From assembly GCA_043228905.1 (NCBI GenBank), contig JBHGNT010000070.1:62001-126000 (forward strand): 64,000 bases of DNA, written 5' to 3'. Shown piece by piece: positions 12,459-21,694 of the stretch. The notes under the pieces were generated by a model. The model made no database searches and was not told the DNA's origin. It was given only the letters and a program-made list of their open reading frames with translations. The DNA is from Azolla caroliniana. Its lineage: Eukaryota > Plantae > Polypodiophyta. Numbering within the stretch: position 1 is the first letter of the stretch; each line of letters begins with the position of its first letter. A program made the translations under genes and the position numbers.

Positions 12459-12461
<3 letters not shown>
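9732..12461 (-). mobile_element. RTEX/RTE-like LINE copy 1, 5'-truncated, young, inserted in (CT)n
   Basis: Uninterrupted 826-aa RT ORF, ~200-nt 3' UTR ending GGCCAATTTTGGCCTTAGAAGACGTTAATATATC, and a (TTTC/TTC)n tail. Both junctions lie in a CT tract. Confidence 0.93.
9961..12441 (-). CDS. Non-LTR retrotransposon reverse transcriptase with C-terminal CCHC-type zinc motif (N-terminally truncated ORF2)
   Basis: EQAGFR, CFVDFRKAFD, GVKQGCPLSPTLF, LLYADD, YVYLG, LRISSHQLEIENGR..EERLCRLCHIEIEDEYHFTCKC. No endonuclease because the element is cut just upstream of the ATG. Confidence 0.93.
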   Translation of the reverse strand: MLMSRDCALAWKRLREPRPQTPIEDPNIWHTYTERLYHVPNQPPIPMPSTPRPTMGTLFTTSRVTKVIKKLQHRKSMDHTGLRAEHIIYARECLAPLLTLIFNRALAEGFPPQWAMNTVAPIHKGGDPMDPNTYRTIMIGHTLAKLYGAVMEAELSDYMETLSLRAPEQAGFRRAFSTIDHIFTLRCLIDQTKARKKKLYCCFVDFRKAFDTVPRERLFDRLKSLEIPNDMIWAIYALYEQVYGRVRCPGGLSDCFTSTIGVKQGCPLSPTLFGIYIDEITDFIARKGGKGVAIGDTQVSLLLYADDIVLLSESEHDLQKHLNALDDFCTQRGLVVNLAKTKVLIFHTSPRVRSKCHLILSHKLVEVVGSYVYLGVTFSARSGKFSMTQAAKDRLTRGYASLSLLERQCHQAYFQEPRTKGWLFDSLVTPSLMYASVVWAPGLPSFMWTQLERPLVVMLSRQLRSKSTVPHDIIRAEFSLPPMLVEALFQVVAFIHRIHSQPQDRISRRAFEASRSLHVSGDTNSWYSIVVSWLFANGIDINNLPPLKYNHGTDQTLISREDRNKVIRQEIWQIYTRYKWITPRVPLPSKMVYYKEHFLHFSKLGFITRPRYLDTFLSNALRVAIGQLRISSHQLEIENGRANRVLREERLCRLCHIEIEDEYHFTCKCPTYAEIRAEYQDILGPSPTLSKLLDTPSVKRLGRYILELKQHREDKLQSVNHNPFTTHQHVPSVIFQEHGETMNVDTLMPLGLSLEEAEIQRATKRPRMLGFNTSQRGVEKIKKIRERELRRLEAMVGVPLTWGPRATSTSWQPFDPPLLFERLGWK

Positions 12462-12507
<46 letters not shown>

Positions 12508-12583
12508 AAGAAGGAGGAGAAACGAATCGACGTTCTAGTCCTCCTCCTTCTCTGTGCTTCACTTCCTTCTTGCATTCCTTCTC

Positions 12584-14706
12584 ATGCAGATCCGCTATGG
12601 CGGCATTGGCCACGGCGTCTCCATCCCCATCCCCATTTCCACACTCTTCACTGCCTCCCGCTCCCATTCCTTCCTTCCATCCCTCATCATCTTTTTCCTG
12701 TTTCTCCTTCTTTCTCCTCCTCAAACCCTGGTTCTGGTTCCTGCTTCTGCGCTCGGATTCAACTGCGGAGACATCACTGCTCACCATGTTCCTGCTCGCA
12801 ATGTGGTTCAAATGCTTCTCTCCAACATCATTTCTAAGGTGAAGCTCCTCGAGGCCATTCCATCTGCTCTCCCCGCTCTCGCTGGCTCAGGAATCTAGGT
12901 TATGGTCGGAATTCCTAACGTATTTCTTCACAGCGTTGCTCCTTCTTCTTCTGCTGCTGCTGCTGCAGATGCGTGGATACAATATAACCTCACAGCTTTC
13001 ATGGGGAAAGGAGGAGTGAATGTCAAGTAAGTATGGAATACGTCCTTTTTTGTAGCTGCTTTTCTTCATTTTATTTGACCTGTTCCTCTGTTGTCGCTCG
13101 CTTACTTATGGAAGAAGAATTCGATCAGAAACGAGTTAAACATCAAATAAATAGCATGATTCGGAACTTTTGTGCAATAATGCGTAGTAAACGTGGCAAT
13201 CAAAGGGGAATTTTCCCAAAAACGAGTTAAAATACGGTCAAAGTTTCAAAGAGCTGGCATTATCTAGAAATCTTGGTAAGAGTCTAGCGTGTGAGCTTTG
13301 AGATTATTTGAGAATGGGAGAAACTGTTAGGAGTGAACCATTTTCCGTGTGAACAATTAACTCTATATCGCAGAACCTGCTGCAGTTATAGAGCTCGTTG
13401 ATTATTAGACAGTGGCTTTTCTCTGTGTCTCCGTGTCATGATGACTCTTTATCCTTGATCCTTGATCTTCAATCTTCTTTGTTATGCATTGATCTGCTGT
13501 ATACACAAGAATGAAAACCGTTTAGTTTGCTCCTTTAGTGATTTATATATGTGCGACGAAGCTTTTCTTTTCTCTGTGTTCGTCCCCAAAAACCTAGGTT
13601 TTCAGCATTAGATTCTCTTATTAGATCACATTTCCAGGACCTTGCTATTTAATCTAATCTACTCATCATCAATCCATTGCCGTTGCATTTTGCTGCTTAC
13701 AGAAGGGCAATTCAGCACAAAAAGACGTACAACTTAAAGGATTAGTATGATCTGGAAGAGTTTGCGGAAGAAAGTTGCGTTCTGAAGGAAACATAATGAT
13801 AAGAGTGTACGATGTTGTTAAATGAAGATGAACGAAACTTTCCTTCGCCACGTTGTTCTCAGTAATTTGCTGTTGTCAAGCACAACATTGTTTCTTTCTT
13901 ATGACATTTCAAGGGACATTGCCGTCAAGTCTCCAACCGGATTCAAACGTTACTCTCGTATTCACCGAGTGGAATTTATATATCTTTCTATATATATTAT
14001 CTCACCTCAACTTGCAATAAATATTGAAGCTTTTGCCATCAGGTACCAAAGAGTTTATCTTTCTGCTATCAATTACTTCCGCATTATGCAGAAAAGCAGC
14101 ATACGTGAATATTATTCACACCTTATGCTCGTTTATGGTTCTCTTACCTTTTTAGATTCAACGAAGGTTCAAATGCTTGGTCAGTAGGAGATTTGACCTT
14201 GTCTTGACTAGCTCGGTAGCCATCATAATCCGAATAAATGTTGTCCCAATTAGTCGATCTGCTAGATTATGTATATGCAAAACACAATGTTCCCGTGGAG
14301 TATGCCCAATATTGCTTTTAGAACAGATTCATTTGTGACTATGCACCGATCCAAATTATAACTCTGATCATTCCGTCTTCTTTTATCTATGAAAGTGTCA
14401 AAACATTGCTTTTTCTTAGAACTGAGATGAAATTGATGCCTTACGAAACCAACCATCTCTTGTTACATTCAAAATTTAGCCTCAGAATTATATATATGAT
14501 GCTAAGAAATTTATGAATAATTCGCTAATCTCTGCTTATATACTCCTTTGAAAATACATTACAGATACATTGCAGTAGGTAATGAACCATTTCTGGCGGC
14601 ATAGGCATACGGAACTCAATGCCAGAATGAGTACATATTATGCTATGAAGAATGTTTACGAATCAATTGTAAAAGCATGTCACCTTGATAGCATGTATGC
14701 CATGGT
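12584..14706 (+). pseudogene. GH17 glucan endo-1,3-beta-glucosidase pseudogene, copy 2 (exon 1 12584-13026, exon 2 from 14565)
   Basis: MQIRY..LIIFFLFLLL..ASALGFNCGD..LAGSGI* (TAG at 12896-12898 where copy 1 has GAG). Donor at 13027, acceptor at 14564, then YIAVGNEPFLAA* and a degenerate AMKNVYESIVKA. Confidence 0.88.
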
Positions 14707-14789
14707 ATTGTTCTTGCCTGAAATGTGATGGACTTCCAGATTCATTGACTTTATGTACACAAATCCATCTTGACATATCTAGATCTGAG

Positions 14790-14975
14790 CAAGCCATGGC
14801 AATGTATGTCTTTAATTTTTACTACAAATCTTCCAGATTGTAAATGATTCAATACTATCTTAATAGTAGTTGATCGATGTACTAAAATGGCACAACAAAT
14901 CTAGTTATGCGTGAAGTATTTTGTCCTCACGGTCTTCTAGACAACATCATTAGTTATCATTAGTGATCATTAATG
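14790..14975 (+). mobile_element. Ancient Gypsy integrase remnant truncating the GH17 pseudogene
   Basis: KPWQCMSLIFTTNLP..FNTILIVVDRCTKMA..MREVFCPHGLLDNIIS matches the Gypsy integrase pattern PW..ISMDF...LP..ILVVVDRxTKMA..HGLP..I.SD. Confidence 0.7.
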
Positions 14976-15459
14976 ATAATTTCCAGACAACCTAACGGAA
15001 GCATATTCTTGAATGAAATCTTATTAAAAATAAATAAATCCTACATTGAGATAGACATTTTGAACTTTTCTTATTAGAGATGGAATTGTTGTCATGTTAG
15101 TAAATTTGTCCCTCAAACCTAAATATCAAAGCTTGATTTTACCATACTAAGATTTATTTAATTTCGATGGATTTAATTGTATCATTTGAAAATAAATGTT
15201 TAAACTCACTCCAAATCAATGATGGTTGAAGGTCTAGGCATGATTAAACCCAATACTGCATGGACGAAAATTTTAAAAACCTATAAAGCTTGAATGTTTC
15301 CATATATAGAAACTTAAGTATGTTGGTAACAAACTCTAGCATAATGACACAAAGTCTAAGTGCAATGATACATAGTTTCCGAGTTTACGAACAACAAGGG
15401 TATACGTTACATAGATAGGCCAAGACACAGAGAATGACTCATATAAATCCCATGACCTG

Positions 15460-15694
15460 AAACCATGACTCATCCCATCAAGTAGATGGTGTCAATGCTC
15501 ATCCAATAGTCCAAGATTTCAATTGCTATAGATTGTCCCCAATCCAGTGGTCATCTTGTAGTTGGCTATAGTTCAGTGGTTGGTCACTCATACCAATTCC
15601 CACTTCAATTAGATGATGAGCTTGCCACCACTCTTCGACAGAATCGATGAATCTGTGAGCTTGTTGATCACACACCACATAAATTGGATGATCC
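15460..15694 (+). pseudogene. Fragment of a paralog of the VQ gene at 20437-21114
   Basis: Clear homology to the reverse complement of ~20750-20985 (NHDSSHQVDGVN.HPI.QDFN...HKLDDP). Frameshifted and lacks the VQ motif. Confidence 0.8.
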
Positions 15695-16248
15695 CTTGGA
15701 GCATCTACAATGTGGAGTATGCCAATACCTACTGAAGCCTCACCCCTTTGATGAAGGAGATTGCTAGAGCACGACAAGCTTCGAATCATTAATCATGGAT
15801 CTATTGAACGCGGACGGAGTATACCAATAGCTCATGGCTCACACAAGCCTCACCCCTTTGATGAGGAAGATTGCTTGAGCTCAAATAGAGACAAACATAG
15901 TGGTGCTCCAATGACACTACAAGCTTCGATTCATCAACGGATGGTGAATTCACTGTGCCTATAACAAGGTTTCTTAGAGTTAAGAAAAAACAAGCTCAAC
16001 CACACTTGTTTGACCACCTTTTGTAGGAAGAGATACTTTTCGTATTAAGTGTACTATCAATATAACTTGATGATCTCACGACAAACTAGTTGAGGATTTT
16101 TTTCTTTACATTTCTCAATCGAAGCTCTCTCTGGGCTCTGGTGCATTTCTATAATGAAGAGCATTTCTCATGATCTCTTCCATTTCTGCCCGGGTATATC
16201 TAAAGTGCCGAGTTGCAATTCCAAACTGCAATCAGCAGCTTTAATTTA

Positions 16249-16690
16249 AAGTACTCATTAACAACAAATGAGAATGATCCTTCTCTCTCATCGAAATCGT
16301 AGCTTTGTCCATTCACCAATTTGACACATCTTTTATATTGAGTGCCTGTATTAATTGCGTGCATGTGAGCCAGTAGTTGACATTCAAACTTGTGGATGTA
16401 TCTACTATGGTGATTTAACTTTTAAGAAAATTATGTTTGTCCTTAAATAGGTCGACTGTATTTGTATTGATCTACTATGCAATGCCAACTTAGTATACTT
16501 ACGAAAAGTATGACATTTCTCCTCTCATAGACTGATAATGTTTGTATTCATCAACTATGCAATTCCGACTCAGAATTTGGAGGATACTATAGTTACCGGT
16601 TTATCACAATTAATTCATTTCGTTCCATTATAACCATTTCATCCACATTATTACTAACATTGCCGATTTGGAAGGCCACTATGTCATGAC
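16249..16690 (+). repeat. Dispersed repeat shared with 28330-28740 and partly with 29475-29570
   Basis: AAGTACTCATTAACAACAAATGAGAA occurs at 16249, 28330 and 29475. Colinear similarity continues through TTCATCAACTATGCAAT and TTCCATTATAACCATTTC. Confidence 0.8.
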
Positions 16691-17551
16691 AAACAAGTGC
16701 GTGAAGAGATTATGTGCCCTTGTCAAAAATGTATGAGGAGATACTTTTCGCAATAAGTGTACAGTAGATATAACTTAATGATATCTCCATGAGTCTCACA
16801 TGACGACAAAACTAGTTGAGGAGTCTTTGTGAATTACAAATAAAAGTGTTCTCGTGTCATTGATGCAAGGCATGGTAAACAATGGTCATTGGGCCCACTG
16901 TGGAATAAGCGGTTAATTATAGTTCGATAAGCTAGGTGTACATGATGATGAAGATATATACACCCCTGAAAACAATTCTAATGGGTAATAGTTTCTCACC
17001 GTTAACATTTTATATTCCTCTTAGAGTGATGGCATTGAATCCACACATTGCTACACCTTGACAATTGCCGTTTGATGAAGGCTCAAATATCTGCTTGGGA
17101 GGAAAACTTAGATTCGACAACATATGGAAATGTGTCTGTTAGAAATTAGGAACGAAAGAGTGTTGATAGAAAAGAGATGGTCGTTGCGAATCACATTTCT
17201 GCTCAATATCTGAGTTTCTCGTACAATGGGGCTTCAGATTTTGACAGAAGTAATTATTAGATTGAGACAAAAAAGATCATAAACAAGGTGATGAATGATA
17301 AAAAAGGATGCAAGAGTCATAAGTTTCAGGAGACAGAGAGACATGATTTGTTACCAAATGATCGTCCATTTATTAGCCACGAAATATAACAAGGTAGCAA
17401 ATTAGTAGGTGCAATTTTAATAAGCAGGAGACCATTTTATATGATGGTGAGAGACAAGTTATCAAAGAAACTTCATCGATTAATGAACAGTCTTCGATTT
17501 ACAAAACAAGAGATGTATGTATGTCTAGGGAGGCTGTGCTCCTATGTAAAC

Positions 17552-18310
17552 CTAAGGAGACTGTGAATGCCTAGGGACGCTGTGGTGAGGCCGAAGCTTC
17601 TTAATGACAAATTTAAACTTGGATTTCCGGATAATCTTGTAATTGCCGGATTCAAGGCTGTCGAACTGCTGTTGTCGCTGCTGTGGCAGACTCCTTTTCA
17701 CCTCCATGACCTTGTGTTGCTGCTGAAACAGCCGCTTCTTTTCCTTTGAAGAAGAGGATAATGCAGCGACCCGCATCCGACTGAGTATATTGGGTTTGGC
17801 CTTCCTCCATTTCCTAAGTGTATGTTGCTGCTTGTGGACCAGGTGATGATGACCCAATTGTTGCTCCTGTAGTTCTTCTGGCTGGAGGAGGCAGATGGTG
17901 CGTTGCCGCTTTGCCAAAAGCTCTCGCTCATAACCAGCAGCTAGCTTCCGTTTTGTAATCTGCATCTTCTCTTCATAGCTGCCGCTGCTGCTGTGATGGT
18001 GGAGGAGCTTCTTCCACGCAGAGATGAGGGCTTTGGCGAGGGAGGCGATGGCGGGAGAAGGGTGTTTGGTTAATTTGTGGACGGCCTTGCCAATGCGGGT
18101 GTCGGTGAGAATGTGGACGTCCTTCTGGAGCCGGATGAGTGGCTGAAGTTTGTGCAGCAGGTCCACCAAGACTGGAATCGAATTTGGTAGAGGACTCGCA
18201 GCAATATTCATGATTCGCTGCTCAATTGCTGCAACCTCTTGGTGGTGACGAGTGTTGACAGCAATGGAGGAGGAGGAGGAGGAGCAATGGGTTGGTAGGC
18301 GCATATCCAT
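17552..18310 (-). CDS. Intronless TFIIS N-terminal (Med26/IWS1) domain protein, MED26-like, ~252 aa
   Basis: LVDLLHKLQ..ILTDTRIGKAVHKLTKHPSPAIASLAKALISAWK (TFIIS-N) followed by EEKMQITKRKLAAGYERELLAKRQRTI, matching the plant MED26 C-terminal motif KLEATKRKL...Y...ENAKRQRTIQ. ATG placed at 18310, downstream of UTR-like CT and telo repeats. Confidence 0.82.
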   Translation of the reverse strand: MDMRLPTHCSSSSSSIAVNTRHHQEVAAIEQRIMNIAASPLPNSIPVLVDLLHKLQPLIRLQKDVHILTDTRIGKAVHKLTKHPSPAIASLAKALISAWKKLLHHHSSSGSYEEKMQITKRKLAAGYERELLAKRQRTICLLQPEELQEQQLGHHHLVHKQQHTLRKWRKAKPNILSRMRVAALSSSSKEKKRLFQQQHKVMEVKRSLPQQRQQQFDSLESGNYKIIRKSKFKFVIKKLRPHHSVPRHSQSP

Positions 18311-18507
18311 GGATTGGATTGGATTGGATTGGAGTGAGCTAGCTTGTAAGGAGGAATTAGGGTTAGAATTATGGGTTTGCAGGATATTATAGGGGAAATG
18401 TGGCAGATGGGATGGGGATAGAGATGGATGCAAGGGGATTGAGGGATTGAGAGAGAGGGAGAGAGAGAGAGAGAGAGGTGATGTGCTATTCTGGAGAAAA
18501 TCGGGAA

Positions 18508-18542
18508 TTAGGGTTAGGGTTAGGGTTAGGGTTAGGGTTGGG
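18508..18542. repeat. (TTAGGG)5 telo-box-like tract in the MED26-like leader
   Basis: TTAGGG x5 at 18508-18537 followed by TTGGG. Confidence 0.9.
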
Positions 18543-18576
18543 AGGTTGCAGGATTTTATAGGGGAAATGTGTTGGC

Positions 18577-18767
18577 AAACGCATTTCCTTTGCGTTGCGT
18601 TTTCGGCCCCAAATGTTTCTGCGTTTGCCTGCCCCCTGCGTTTTCTGGGGGGGGGGATTTGCGTTTCTCTGCTTTCTGCGTTTGGTGCAAATTCGTTTGC
18701 GTTTCTCTCTGCGTTTTCTGACACGTGGCACCGCGTCAGCACAACAATGATTGCTTGCCACGTGGCA
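18577..18767 (-). promoter_or_regulatory. Putative MED26-like promoter: clustered TGCGTT motifs and two G-box/ABRE elements
   Basis: Eight TGCGTT plus one AAACGCA in 18577-18717. ACACGTGGC at 18721 and palindrome TGCCACGTGGCA at 18756-18767. Confidence 0.55.
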
Positions 18768-19399
18768 GGCACCTGAGGCCTGTCGTTTTTCTTTCTTTCC
18801 TGATGTCCGGACGAAAAAGGATGATAATAAAGAAAAAAAAAAGAAGGAAAAAAAACAAAAATATAAAAACTGTCGTTTGCTGCTTTTTTTTTTGTGTGTG
18901 TGTTGTTTTTGTCCCTTTATTTTTTATATTTTCTGAGTCTTTTTTTTACTTATTGTTTGAGTTTCTATTTTTCTTTTTCTTTTTTTAAATGAATTATTTA
19001 TTACAGCAAAAGACGCTTGATAAAAGAAATGTATAAAAACAGAGTATGTATTTTCAATAGCATCTGAAAGCTTATAACTTGAAATAGGATGCAGATATGA
19101 AGCAAACTTGAAATAGAAGAGCCCTAGGGGGTATATATTAATATGATAATGAATATGGCCCAAGTATGAAATAAGAAGGTTTAGTACTTAGAATGGAGTA
19201 GCAGGATTTTTTAGCAAAAGTATATTTGTGGTTACATTTTGATTCATTGAAATACATTAGGAAATACATTAGGAAATACAACGACCCAACCCACCCAATG
19301 CACATCTCCTAGTGGTTTCTTTTCCTACAATGTTTTCATAAACCATTGAAAGGTGAGATTCCTTAAATACCTCGACCCTTTGCATTTTTCATATACTTC

Positions 19400-19690
19400 G
19401 TGGAAAGCTTAGATCCAAGATATGGAAATATGTCTGCTTGAAATTAGGAAAGAAAGAGATGAGGACATACTTCATTAGACATAAAAGAAAGAAGCAAGAA
19501 TAGCCATTGAATTATTTCCAGGAGACAGAGATATGATTTGTTAATGAATGGTCATCCATTTATAATGCAAGGAATATAACATGGTCACAAATTAGTAATT
19601 ACAATTTTGGTAAACAGGAGACCACAGTGATGATGCGAGGATTCAAATTGTCAAAGAAACTTCATTGATTAATGAACTATCTTCGATGCA
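19400..19690 (+). repeat. Diverged direct copy of the MED26-like 3' flank (17100-17500)
   Basis: Shared blocks ATATGGAAAT.TGTCTG...GAAATTAGGAA, CAGGAGACAGAGA..ATGATTTGTTA and TCAAAGAAACTTCAT.GATTAATGAAC. Confidence 0.75.
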
Positions 19691-20436
19691 CTACAGAAAA
19701 GCTTTTTCTGTAGTAAAATAGTAATGTCAACAATCAATCGTAAACACCCGCTAAACTCAAAAAGAAGAAGCAGAATGCGATCAATTTGTGGAACCCTTAT
19801 AATGGGCACTTTTGTTGTACTGATCACTTGAGTCCTAACCACATCAAATTGGATCTACTACCTGGCAATATAGCGCGATCTCCACCCTAATGATTCGAGA
19901 TTCTTTCCCATCTTCGGAAAAAAAAACATATCACTAAAGCTCCGACAAACTTCGCGTCATTTCTCAAACCTATATCGTGTGTGTTTTGTCTTGCGAAATA
20001 TGTACGAAGATTGAATGTTACAGTATGCCTTAAAACATCATTATTACAATGCACGGGGTATATGTGAGGCTTTACATATAGCGAGTCTATCGATCTATTG
20101 GCCCATTTGAGTTAAGCTAATGATTGACTCTAGATCCTTTTCAGTGGAGGCTTGCCGCATAAAACAATGTGAAACACAGAATCGTGACCTACAGCTATAT
20201 GAAAACATAGATATGCATAGGAAGATTGAGTGCTAGTGGGAAATTTGTGGGCTTTTCTATAAGCAAATCATCAAACCAGCTTGCTTCCAAAATTAAAGGG
20301 CTAATGATGAGGGGCAACCATAACCTAATATGAATCATCATTTTCATTTATGAAACAACAAAATGAGGTAGTTGCATCATACACAACATTTGCTCATAAT
20401 GGCCCCATTGTATTGTGGTCAGAAGTAAATTCATTT

Positions 20437-21114
20437 TTAGGATGTCACACCACAATTTCCATGCAATTCTTGAAGGATATAATCATCATGGACAATTGAA
20501 GGTGTGTATGAGTCATAAAGATCTTCATTGTATCGACAATTAGAGAAATCGTGATTAACATCATCTATGGATCGCACGATGTGAAGGTCATCATCATATT
20601 CATGTAAGGCATCCAGACTAAAGGAATGTTGATCATAATAGCTACTGTTGATATCCTCAATGGATTGAACATTGATGTCATCGTGAAGCCCATAATCTAC
20701 TAATGCCGCCATATGATTCGCTTTACAACTTGCATCATTCGCATGGATCGGATCATCCAATTTATGTGGTGTGAGATCAACAAGCTCATGGATTTGTCGA
20801 TTTTGTTGGGGAGTGGTGTGAAGCTCATCGTCTAATTGAAGTGGGAATTGATATGAGTGACCAATCACTGAACTATGGCCAGCTACTAGATGACCACTGG
20901 AATGGGGACAATCTTTACTATTGAAATCTTGGAGTATTGGATGACCATTGACACCATCTACTTGATGGGATGAGTCATGGTTCCCGGTTAGGAGTTGAAC
21001 TAGAGATGGGAAGTAGGCGGGATTCGAGCAAGTCACGGTGAGGGTGGGCGAGAAGACATGAACCACACGAATGACATGCGTGGTAGTACCGAACTTATGC
21101 TTGTCTTGGGTCAT
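20437..21114 (-). CDS. VQ motif-containing protein, intronless, ~225 aa
   Basis: IRVVHVFSPTLTVTCSNPAYFPSLVQLLTG contains the FxxxVQxLTG signature plus the upstream VRIVHIFxP motif seen in one VQ subgroup. Asp/His-rich low-complexity tail. Confidence 0.8.
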   Translation of the reverse strand: MTQDKHKFGTTTHVIRVVHVFSPTLTVTCSNPAYFPSLVQLLTGNHDSSHQVDGVNGHPILQDFNSKDCPHSSGHLVAGHSSVIGHSYQFPLQLDDELHTTPQQNRQIHELVDLTPHKLDDPIHANDASCKANHMAALVDYGLHDDINVQSIEDINSSYYDQHSFSLDALHEYDDDLHIVRSIDDVNHDFSNCRYNEDLYDSYTPSIVHDDYILQELHGNCGVTS

Positions 21115-21637
21115 TGCTGAGCAAGATGCAACATTAGAGGCACTAGAGTACACTATATCATTTTTTGGCTATGCCGATCCTATATTTCACAATGGGCTAT
21201 ATTGGTTCGTGTAAGAAGAAGAATTCAGGAGCCAAAGGAATGGATTGAGTACTGATTGGCAATTAAGGATTAGCAATTGGCATACAATTGAGAGCACATA
21301 GCTGCAAATTCGCTCTTGAATTTCACTTGAAATGAAATGAGTGGGTTATACATGAGAACGGATGTGACATAAATATGTAGTTTGAAAGTTGGTACTATGA
21401 TTGCAAATTATTCTTTGCTTTTGAAAGATATAGTTTCCTTAGTGTGTTCCAGCTGTGTGCCAAGCCCCACCACACACACACACACACATTGTTCTTGAGC
21501 ACTTTTACTTGGTTTCAAAGTTGAAACAAGCTCGACTTTAGTTAGTGATGGTCGGAAGAAGTGTGAAATACCCCGTCGTAAAAACAATGAAATGCCCTTC
21601 AATTTTCGTTGTTTACCCTATAGCCTCGAGTCAACCC

Positions 21638-21638
<1 letters not shown>

Positions 21639-21691
<53 letters not shown>
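21639..21691. repeat. (GA)n microsatellite
   Basis: Read directly. Confidence 0.97.

Positions 21692-21694
<3 letters not shown>

Larger units (their letters stand above)
9698..15134. repeat. Right arm of inverted duplication, interrupted by a LINE at 9732-12461
   Basis: 12462-15134 is the reverse complement of ~1-2670 with two arm-specific indels: left ~671-862 is absent on the right, and right ~14707-14930 is absent on the left. 9698-9731 resumes homology to 2668-2700. Confidence 0.93.

Noticed and set aside
18508-18542. Interstitial telomere or chromosome fusion scar
   Set aside because: Only five units, located in a gene leader where telo-box repeats are common.
18311-18772. N-terminal 154 aa of the 406-aa ORF
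   Set aside because: Translates promoter motifs, TTAGGG and CT repeats (LTLTLT, SLSLSL) from a GTG start. The real start is more likely the ATG at 18310.
15460-20985. Pack-MULE TIRs enclosing the MED26-like gene
   Set aside because: The inverted segments are internal VQ coding sequence, with no terminal motif or TSD.
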